DNA of 20,000 bases from an uncultured virus (IMG/VR IMGVR_UViG_3300020165_000001) (taxonomy: Duplodnaviria > Heunggongvirae > Uroviricota > Caudoviricetes): IMG/VR virus record IMGVR_UViG_3300020165_000001, one strand, 5' to 3'. A program made the translations under genes and the position numbers. The notes under the pieces are model-generated. The model saw nothing but the letters and a program-made list of their open reading frames with translations, ran no database searches and had not been told where the DNA came from. Positions 1 through 9,500 of this stretch are shown here, one piece after another (within the stretch, counting starts at the first letter, position 1; every line of letters begins with the position of its first letter).

Positions 1-2
1 TT

Positions 3-1358
3 TTAGATAGAATATCTGGTAGAGATGAATACTTAAAATACTTAGAAGATAATCAAGATGCTTTTAAAGAATTAAGTACTATAGAAAAAAACTTAAAGTC
101 TTTTAGTAAAGGGACAAAAGAATATAATGATCTTGTAAGAAGAAAGAATGAATTAATAAAAGATCTTACAAAAAAAGAAAACATACTTAAAGAAGATTTG
201 TATAAAAAAGAATTAAACAATTATGTTAATTCAGAAAACAATGCAAGAGAAGAATTAAGTAGACTACAAAATGAAGCTAAATCCTATATAGATGCAGGAG
301 AAGAAGTTCCTTCAGATATAACTAATAATATAGCAAAAGCAAGAGATACAATATCCAAATCTGGTAATAGAGTAAAACTATTAGTTAAACAAGATTGGAA
401 CGATTATGATATTAGTCCTGTACAGCAAGGATACAATCAAAATATTTTATTGCCTGATGGTACTATTGACATAGAAGAAAGTAAGACGACACCTATATTG
501 CCAGACCCCTTAAGTGATGATAAGGAAGAGGATATTGTTTATAATGTTGTTGATGAAAATACTGATCAAACACAAATAATAGAAACTCCAGAAGCTAAAA
601 TTATTACAGAAGATGTTGTAGAAGAAACAGTAGGAAGAGAAGATGCTGTAACAGAAACAGAAGACCCTACAATTGATCCTAACTATAGAATGAATCAACT
701 AGGTAATGCTGGTAAAGCATTATTTCAAGGTGCTGGTAAAGTGTTAGATTACGTTGGAGGTCCAGGAGGTATTATATCTTACGTGATGGGTAAGAAAGGA
801 TTGAAAGAGGCTATGAAAGAAGTGAAGCCTCATGCAAGCGCACAACTATCACCTATGTTTATGCAGCATCTTAGACAAAGTAGAGAGATTGCTAAGAAAG
901 GATTTCATCCTGATCAAGCTAGGGTGATTCAAAAAGAAATGGATGGTGCTTATCAAAAAGGATTAGAGAATGCGGTTAGAGGTTCTGGAGGACAAAGAGC
1001 AAGATTTTTAGCTTCCTCTGGTATATTAGACGCTCAAAGATCATCTGCACTATTAAATTATGCTGCTGAAGATTCTGAACTACAATCAAAGAATCAAGAG
1101 AAGTATGAAAAGCTTATGATGTTTAAAGAGAATTTTGATATACAACAAACAGAAAAAGAAAGAGCAGAGGATATGGAAAGACAGGTTGCTAATAAAAAAG
1201 CAGCAGCTACATTTACATCAGCTGCATTTACAAACCTTATGTCTGGATTTGGAGGAAGTGGCAGCTCTCTTTTAAACAGAAACAACACAAGCAATCTTTA
1301 CAATACAATAGAAGGATTAATGAGTAACCAGGGGAACACAGGAACAGATAACAAATAA
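3..1358 (+). CDS. 5'-truncated putative internal virion/ejection protein (>=451 aa)
   Basis: The ORF track starts at TTG 198, but the same frame is open back to position 3 (LDRISGRDEYLKYLEDNQ...), so the true start lies upstream of the window. It has a coiled-coil-like N-part, an acidic E/D/T linker, Gly/Ala-rich segments (GGPGGIISYVMG; AAATFTSAAFTNLMSGFGG) and no Cys. Function is inferred from context only. Confidence 0.6.
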   Translation, partial: LDRISGRDEYLKYLEDNQDAFKELSTIEKNLKSFSKGTKEYNDLVRRKNELIKDLTKKENILKEDLYKKELNNYVNSENNAREELSRLQNEAKSYIDAGEEVPSDITNNIAKARDTISKSGNRVKLLVKQDWNDYDISPVQQGYNQNILLPDGTIDIEESKTTPILPDPLSDDKEEDIVYNVVDENTDQTQIIETPEAKIITEDVVEETVGREDAVTETEDPTIDPNYRMNQLGNAGKALFQGAGKVLDYVGGPGGIISYVMGKKGLKEAMKEVKPHASAQLSPMFMQHLRQSREIAKKGFHPDQARVIQKEMDGAYQKGLENAVRGSGGQRARFLASSGILDAQRSSALLNYAAEDSELQSKNQEKYEKLMMFKENFDIQQTEKERAEDMERQVANKKAAATFTSAAFTNLMSGFGGSGSSLLNRNNTSNLYNTIEGLMSNQGNTGTDNK

Positions 1359-1360
1359 TT

Positions 1361-3379
1361 ATGGGAATAGATTATGGATTTTTTGATGCTTTAACAGGCC
1401 CAATGAAGGCAGCTGGAGATATCCAAGCAAATCGTGATGCTAGGGCAATGCAGCAAATGCAACAACAGCAACAAATTAAAAATCAACAATTACAAGAGCA
1501 AAACAGAGACCAAGCATATCAACAACAATTATCAGCAGCTACAGACCAAGCATTAAAAGATATATACACTGATAATGGATTTGCAAGACAAAAAGATGTA
1601 GATGATTTTAAAAATTGGCATACAGACTTATCTGGATGGAAATCTATACAGGGAGTTTTAAGGCAACATGGCTCTATAGACAATGCTAGGCTAAGTGGTA
1701 ATTTAGATTATTTAATGGAAGAGTATAAAGCTAATTTAAAAGACAATCCAGTTTCTAGAAGAATTAAACAGAACAAAAATTCTTTAGAAAAATATCACGC
1801 TGCTGCTTTAGATCCAAAAAATCAACAATTTATTACATCAGGCCAAAGTGAAAGATACGAGCAGTTTATAAAAAATGAAACTGATAACTTTGTATTCCAC
1901 GGATTAAGATCAGATTATTTAGATCAAGCTAGTCAAGCATTAAGTATGTCAGACCAATTAGATTTAGATGAGGTAATAGGAAGTAATTATCAGGCTATTA
2001 TAAAGGATATGATTAATGATCAGAATCCTGATGATCCACAAGCATTTATGCAATCATTAAGTCAAGAGGACATTAGAACGTGGGTAGGTAAAGAATTACG
2101 CTATGATGAAGGTTCTGGATTCTTTAATGATAAAGGTATATATGGTGTTAAAGAAATTGATACAGAGTTTGCTACAGAAATGGTTAGGTCATTAGATGCC
2201 GTAGGAAGCACTGGTATCGCTAAGGGTAGTGATTATTTTAGAAATAAAGATCAAGGTGTATCATTTAAAGAATTGTTTGACGGGACAGCTGCTATGGATT
2301 GGGATAGATTAGGAGGTTATGACAAGAATAACGAAATGAAAAACTACAAAGGCATAAAAGCACCTTTTGCTAAAGGAAGACAAATGGTTGGTAGTGGTAG
2401 AGTATTCGCTAATAATCAAATGCTTGAAAACGCTATAACACAATCTTGGGCTGGTGATTATGGAGATGAAGCTAAATCATCTAGATATAATTCTAAATCA
2501 CGTCAAGTAAACGATATAGCTATGCAAGGCCTGTATGATTCAAGAGGACATAAAATAACAGATAGCGATATAGCATCTACTTGGTTAACAGGAGCAGGCT
2601 CATGGCAAGAATCAGAAACAGATGACTTAAGATTAACTGGATATCACATTGCTTTAGAAGGTAAAAATAAAGATGGTGATGCATTCTTACTTACAGACGT
2701 TTCTAATGAGGAAGATATGAATAAATTGAGAGAACAATACGCTAATACAGTATTTGATTACGTTGTAGTAGCAGAACTTATAGATGACGATATGGTAAGC
2801 CATGATGATGCTTACTATAAGAAGATAGATATGGGAGATCCTACAATTCAAGCAGCTTTAAATGAAAAGATAGATTCTACAGATTTAAATAGAGTCAAAA
2901 CTCAAATGGCAACATACGAGCAAAGTTTAGCGCAAAAAACATATAATAATAAAAGAAAAGCTTCAGGTAATGCTATATTACAAAAACAAATGAATTTACC
3001 TTCTTCTCCTGCTGTAGATGAATTTATAGGAGCTTATGATCAATCTCTATCAATAGGATTAGGTATGGCTAATGTTCCTTCAGCAAAAATTCAAAAGGCT
3101 ATTCCTTTGTTAATGTCAGATTTATATGTAGATTCGCAACAAGAAAGAGAATACCCTGTACAAATTGGAGATCAGATAGCAAGAAACTCTTCTGAATATA
3201 TGGCTTTATCTACACAGGTTCTTAAAAAAGGATTGATTAATAAAAATCCTGGAGTGTTAGATATGCTAAAAGCAATACAAGAGGGTAACTATGACGTATA
3301 CAGTCAAGGTTTAATGCCTGAAAATAGATACAAGCAAAGCAGAAAATTAAGTAAACAAATATCACAATACCAAAATTAA
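1361..3379 (+). CDS. Putative internal virion/ejection protein, 672 aa
   Basis: ATG lies 2 nt after the upstream TAA. It has a Q-rich coiled-coil-like N-terminus (AMQQMQQQQQIKNQQLQEQ), is mostly helical/acidic, lacks Cys, and sits just upstream of the virion RNAP gene. No catalytic motif recognised. Confidence 0.6.
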   Translation: MGIDYGFFDALTGPMKAAGDIQANRDARAMQQMQQQQQIKNQQLQEQNRDQAYQQQLSAATDQALKDIYTDNGFARQKDVDDFKNWHTDLSGWKSIQGVLRQHGSIDNARLSGNLDYLMEEYKANLKDNPVSRRIKQNKNSLEKYHAAALDPKNQQFITSGQSERYEQFIKNETDNFVFHGLRSDYLDQASQALSMSDQLDLDEVIGSNYQAIIKDMINDQNPDDPQAFMQSLSQEDIRTWVGKELRYDEGSGFFNDKGIYGVKEIDTEFATEMVRSLDAVGSTGIAKGSDYFRNKDQGVSFKELFDGTAAMDWDRLGGYDKNNEMKNYKGIKAPFAKGRQMVGSGRVFANNQMLENAITQSWAGDYGDEAKSSRYNSKSRQVNDIAMQGLYDSRGHKITDSDIASTWLTGAGSWQESETDDLRLTGYHIALEGKNKDGDAFLLTDVSNEEDMNKLREQYANTVFDYVVVAELIDDDMVSHDDAYYKKIDMGDPTIQAALNEKIDSTDLNRVKTQMATYEQSLAQKTYNNKRKASGNAILQKQMNLPSSPAVDEFIGAYDQSLSIGLGMANVPSAKIQKAIPLLMSDLYVDSQQEREYPVQIGDQIARNSSEYMALSTQVLKKGLINKNPGVLDMLKAIQEGNYDVYSQGLMPENRYKQSRKLSKQISQYQN

Positions 3380-3381
3380 TT

Positions 3382-3516
3382 ATGCCAGCAAGAGGATTAT
3401 ACGCAAATATGAATGCTAGAAAAAAAGCAGGTACTTCTAGATCTAAAAAGAATACTACAATATCTAAAAAAGCATATTCTAATATGAAATCTGGATTTAA
3501 AAATAAAAAGAAGTAA
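3382..3516 (+). CDS. Small highly basic protein, 44 aa (not in ORF track)
   Basis: MPARGLYANMNARKKAGTSRSKKNTTISKKAYSNMKSGFKNKKK*. It fills the gap between two large genes exactly: ATG is 2 nt after the upstream TAA, and its TAA overlaps the next ATG (TAATG). 14 K/R, no D/E. Confidence 0.8.
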   Translation: MPARGLYANMNARKKAGTSRSKKNTTISKKAYSNMKSGFKNKKK

Positions 3517-6500
3517 TGGCAGAAGACTATAGATCAGGTTTAAATATGCTGTTAGGTGATTTAGCTAAAAACGATGTCAACGTTCCTAGTCCAGAAGAAG
3601 CAATTAGTCAACAATATGACGCTCCTATGGAGGGGCCGTCAACACTTAGTTCTGTGATACAAGGACTAGATATCTCAGGACAACAAGATATAACTTTTGA
3701 TAGAATGGCTCAAGGACAAGCCGCTTCACAGTTAGGTGCTGATGAGTATGGTAAGTTAGATGAATTAAAGTATGGCTCTGCTCCTGATCAACAAATAGTA
3801 GATCCTAATGCTATGATAGGCTCTACTGGAGAAAGAGTAGGGAGAGGATTAAAAGCAGGTTGGGGTGATTTATTATATGGTACTGGTGAAACAGTAGATT
3901 TTATTAATGCTTGGGCTAGACCAGGAGATGTAGAGCCTTCTACTTCTGTTGGTGAATGGTTTCAAAAGATAGGTACAGAATATCAAAATGAAAATGCTTT
4001 AATTCTTTCTGAAGATTTAAAAGACATTACCTTTCAAGATATGTTTAAGGGAGAGTTTTGGTCTTCTAAGATATCTAGACTAGTTCCTTATGCTATGTCA
4101 TTTGTTATACCTTACGGAGGAGGTGCTAAGGTAGGAGCTTCATTGTTAGGAAGATTTGGGGTATGGTCTGCTAAAGGTATATCTAAAGCTAATAAATTAG
4201 GGAAGGTAGGTATTCCTGTTGGGGCTATGGGTAAAGGTATAGGAATGGGTGGTAATGGAATAAAAGGATCTGGTATTTTAGGGAAGTTAGCATTTGATGG
4301 TGGTAAAAAAGGATATGCTCAAACAAAATTTATGCGTAATGCTGGAGGTTTTATTGGAGGGGGTGCTGCTGCGAATATGGCGGAAGGAGCATATCTTTCA
4401 GGAGAAGCATATTCTGAAATGTTACATGAGGTAGATGCTGATGGAAATAAACTATTTACCCCAGAAGAAGCGGCTAATCATGCAGCTGGCGTAATGTATG
4501 ATAATGCTAAATGGATGGGTGTAGATATGGTTCAATATGGATTACTATTTGGTGGTATAGGTAAAAATATGGCTAAAAGATTATTACTAAACCCTCTAAA
4601 ATCAAATCCATTTAAAGCTAGTATAAAAGGGCTTACTGCTCATACCGTAAGAAAAGTATTACCTAATTTACCAGCAGCAGGAGCTTATGCAAGTGTTGAA
4701 GGTATAACAGAAGGTATACAAGAAACATATCAAGAGTGGATTAAATACGCTAACATACAAGAAGCTAAAGGTGAAGATTACGAATCTATGACTGATTGGG
4801 TTAAAGATGAGTACGGAAATTATAAGCCAGAAATTAGAGATTTATTCTGGTCTTCTGTAGGATTAGGAGGCGCTATGGGTGGTGCTAGAGGTTATTTTGA
4901 CTCAGCAGCAGCAAGGCATAAAGCTCTTAATGAGCATCAAGAGGCTATCAATACTAATGCTCAAATAATGGATGCGGCTAAAACACCTGATCAACAGTAT
5001 GTTGCGGAGCAAATGGTGCAAGATAATATTATATCACTTAATGTATGGAATTATAGAGGTGATGGATCTATTGTTATGGAGTATATTAACAATATGGTTA
5101 AGGATAAAAAGATGGATCAACAAACTGCTGATGAATACATTCAGGCGGTAGAGCAAGCAGAAAAGAATTACGAAAAGCATACAGTTAATAGTATGCTCAC
5201 TGAAGCTGGTGCAAAACAAGCATTTTTTAGAGAGACAAGAAAATCTAGAAACCAAGCACAACAAGCATTACAAATAGCCTCTTATGAAAATGATAAAGCT
5301 GTTACTATTGAGAACATTAAAGATGATAAAAAACAGAAAAAAGCTCTTGCTATATTAGAGCAAAATCATTTATCTATAATGGAAACATTAGAACAGGATA
5401 TGGCTGTTTTAAATAGAGAGATAGAAGACATATACACTTTAAGGGTTGACGAGGCTCCTACAGCTAAATCTACAGGCAAGAGAGATGCTAGGTATAAAAC
5501 TCAAGGCCTTACTAAAGATGAGATAAATATATATTCACAAGAAGGAGCCAAGGAAGCTGAAGCAGAAGCTAAGAAGAAAGCAGATGCAGAACCTTCTATA
5601 ATATCTAAAGTTGTAGAAGGAGCTAAAGAATTAGGAGGTAAAGCTGTAGAGGGGGCTAAAAGCTTATTTGGTAAGGCTAAAGAAAAAGCTACATCAGAAG
5701 AAACTAAAAAAGCAGTAGAAGATATTAAAAAATATACTAAAGAAGAAATAACTCCTTCTGCTAAAGAAAAATTAGTTAAAGCTTTAGAAGCTGGTAAAAT
5801 AGGAGTGAAGGCTGCTTTAAAAATTATTGGTAGTGGAGTAAATAAAATCATTAACAATAAAGATGTAAAAGAAGCCATAGAAAAATTTAAACAGGCTAAG
5901 AAAGAAACAGTAGAAGCTGCTGAAGAAAAGAAACAAGAGTCTGACGAAGACGTAAAAAAAAAAGACCAAACCCAAGTAGTTCCTAAAACAGAAGAGTATA
6001 GCAAGACAGAAGAAGCTCTTAAAAAGAAAGGAATACAGTTAGAAGCTGCAAGTATATCTAAAGTAGTAGATAAAGAAGGTAAGGCAAGTACTACTAGTTA
6101 TATGTTAAAAACAGCTACAGGTAAAGTTATTAAGTTTTTTACATCTAAACCTTTCGGAGCAGAAGCTCTAACAAACACACCACAAAATATAAAGTTAAAT
6201 TTAGTAGAGCCAGTAGCTGGTAAAGCTGATGTAGTTGAAGTAAATGGTAAGTTATACTTTCAGTATCAAAAAGGAGCTCCACTATATGAAAGTAAAATCC
6301 AAGTTATAGTAGGAGATAAAGTTATTGGTCAGTTAGAATACCAATCTTATAAAGAAGATACAGGTCCTACTAAAAAAGCTAAAAAGAAAGATGCTCGTAC
6401 TATAGATAAAGTAATAGGTTCTGTTAAGCAAACGAAAGAAAGTTTTAAAAAATTACTTGATAAGTCTTTTAAGAATATTCCTGCACAAGAGGATATATTA

Positions 6501-9500
6501 ATTAATCGTAATTTAGAAGTATACACTCATTCAGGATTAGGGGCAGCAGCATTAACTAGAAGTATTGTACAAAAACAATTCCCAGGTGCGCGTGGGTATG
6601 TAATATCATCTAAGCTAGCAGACGACTATGGGCAAGAAGCTACATCTTTAGCAATAGGCTCTGTTGTTTTAATTAATGAGAATCAAGTAGAACAAACTGA
6701 TTTAATACATGAATTAGGACATGTGTATTACGGCTTAATGGAAGATACTCCATTAATGAAAAGAATTAAAAAGCTTTTACCGAAATCATCTTTATATCAA
6801 AAAACTAGAGAAGAATATCCTGAGCTAACTTTAATGAGTTATAAGGGTAATAATCTGACTTTAGGTAGTATTTATAGAAATGTACTTAATAATAAACCAG
6901 ACGCTACTAATGACGTTATAAGCATTGCAGAAAACATTGCAATAGCAGAAAGACAAGGAGATAGCGCAAGAAGTACAGAGTTATTTAATAACTTAAGAAT
7001 ACAATTAAAAGCACAAGGAGTTAAAGATGTTAGAGTAGACCAACAAAGACATTTGCTTGAAGAAACGTTTACTAGAACACTAGAAGCCTATTCTAAAGGA
7101 ACAGTTAATTCGGTTATAAAAGGATCAGAAGCTCAAGAATTATTAAAGAAAGATTTAATAGAGTTTTATAAAAAAACTAAGAAGCTAGCAACTGACGAAG
7201 AAGCTAAAAGACTTTTAGATTTATCTGTAGATAACATACAGTCATTAGACTTAGAGGCTTCTATTAAGCACATCTTACTAGATTTTAACTCTGGAGAGCG
7301 CACTATACCTGTAGTGCAAAACTCTGCTTATGGTGATATCAAAAGAGCTAATAAGAAAGCATTTTCATCTAGAGCAACATACTCAGCAGTATCATCTTAT
7401 ATAGGAGATTTTATAGGCAGAAGCTTAACTCCTACTGTTATGACTAATAGAGTTATGAAAAGAATAGCAGAAGACTCTAGCTTAAAAGTTGCAGATGTTA
7501 AACAATTAAGAGAGTATGTAAAAGCTATTATAGTTCAGATTACTAGACCTGCAGATTTAAAGTTAGCTGACGAAACATTAGACAATCAGCTTTCTGATAT
7601 AGGATTAGATTTAAATGAAAAAGAAAACATGGATCAGGCTTCTGAGTCAGATCAATACAAAGAATCTAATAAAATAATTGCATTACCAACAACTACATCT
7701 AATTTTATAAAGAAGATTACTGAAGTATATAACTTTAAAAACCCTGACAATGTAATTAACAGGAAGAAGTTGTTGTATGATATGTATGTTATAGCTAAAA
7801 GCACACAGAACGATCCATTTGATTTTATTCCTACATTAAGAAAATCTGATAGTGCTGAGATTATGGCTATGTTAAGGGTATTAGATGGTGTTTATGGTAA
7901 AGACAAAGTTCTTACTAACGCTAAGCTAATGGAGCTTAAAGGCCCAATAGAAGGTATTAATATAGAGGTTCTAACTCAACAAGCATTAGAGATAGGATAT
8001 ATGGGCGCTAGAAAGTGGAAAACTTATAAAACCATGAGTAAAACTTTAGAGGCTGGTGTTATAAATGATGTTATGAATAACCTTAAAGAAAACACAGCTA
8101 AAGGGAAAAGAATAGCAAAAATATATGATAACTTATTTTATGATTCTAAAGAAAATAAATTTAAAGAAGTTCTTGATGAGAACGATATAAACACAGCTGC
8201 TAAAAGAGTTTTGTCTGAAATTTTAGATGACACTAACAAGGGTGTTTTAATAGACAAGGACGCTTTATTAAATGCAAGGATATTATTTAAAGGCAAAAGA
8301 CAAACATTAAGTCAGATACTTTTTAATCATACTAGATTTAAAAATGGCAAGCCTAATTTAGAGAACCAATCTTTAATGGGTATAACTAAAGAAGGTAAGT
8401 TTGCTGCAAAAATAGGAAAGTATGAGGCTAAAGGATTAATATACGGCAAGCAGGGTGAGTTAAAAGTAATACTTACAGAAGGTCTTGTAGCTTCTAGAGC
8501 TATTAACTATTTATCTATGGTAGATAATGTAGAGGGAGATGGCATAAGTGTGTTTAATAAGGAGAATGGTTTGCATAATAGAGCTAAAAATGTAGCAACT
8601 ATTATAAACAACGAAACTATTATAGAGTCAGACAGTGTTATGCACCCTGATAATAATATTTATACTGATATGGCTTTTAGAAAAAAGCAAGCTGGAGTAT
8701 TAGCTAATAACGATGGTAAGGTGACAAATAATCCTTTTAACTTTACTATACACTCAGGAATGATGAGAACATTAGTTACAAGAGCTGATGGTGTTAAGTA
8801 TGAGGGTAGAGCATCAAAATTAAATAGCGTAACTCCTAGTGAGTTAATAGCAGGTGATTTCTTTAGCTTCTTATCTAAATACAATGAGTTAATGGCTGGT
8901 AACGAAGCTATGGGTATATACGATCAAGCTATTGCAGTATTTTCTGATAAAAGTAGAAGGTACTATGTAGAAAGTATTATAGCTCATAACGATAAAATGA
9001 AAAAGTTATTGCTTACTAAAGTAAAAAACAATCCTGCTTATAATGCTAAGTATTTAAAAGGAAGTAAAGTCTTTCCATATACTATAGAAAATGGTAAGAT
9101 TAAAGAAATGCCTGCTCTTATTAAAAAATGGAAAAGCTATGCAAATAAAAATGCAGAACTATTTAAAGGCAATACTGATTTAAAAGAGGTTAAAAATTTA
9201 GACGCTGCTTTAGACGCTTTCTTAACATCATATATTGCTAATAAGTTTATGGCTCAACAATTGTTTGTGCATGATCATAGACAATCTAAAGACCAAATAG
9301 ACTATATTAAAAGAGCTGCTGGTTCAATAGCTAGCCATATTGTATTTGATAGAAATACACAAATAGAGCCTATTATTATTAAAGATTACTTTGTTGATGA
9401 GGAAGGTAATATAGGTACCGATGAAAAAGAAGACAGTGCTATTGAAAACGATGCAATGGGATATGTTCTTCCTGAGCAAGCTAAATACATTAGAGCTAAG

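Noticed and set aside
198..200. TTG start proposed by the ORF track
   Set aside because: The frame is open to the window edge with protein-like sequence, so the true start is upstream.
1447..1530. CAA/CAG-rich stretch as a DNA repeat or array
   Set aside because: It simply encodes a Gln-rich coiled-coil segment with no regular unit.
5954..5963. A10 run as a possible programmed frameshift or slippage site giving a ~820-aa N-terminal product
   Set aside because: Both shifted frames stop within a few codons, no stimulatory structure is evident, and such runs are expected in Lys-rich AT-rich sequence.
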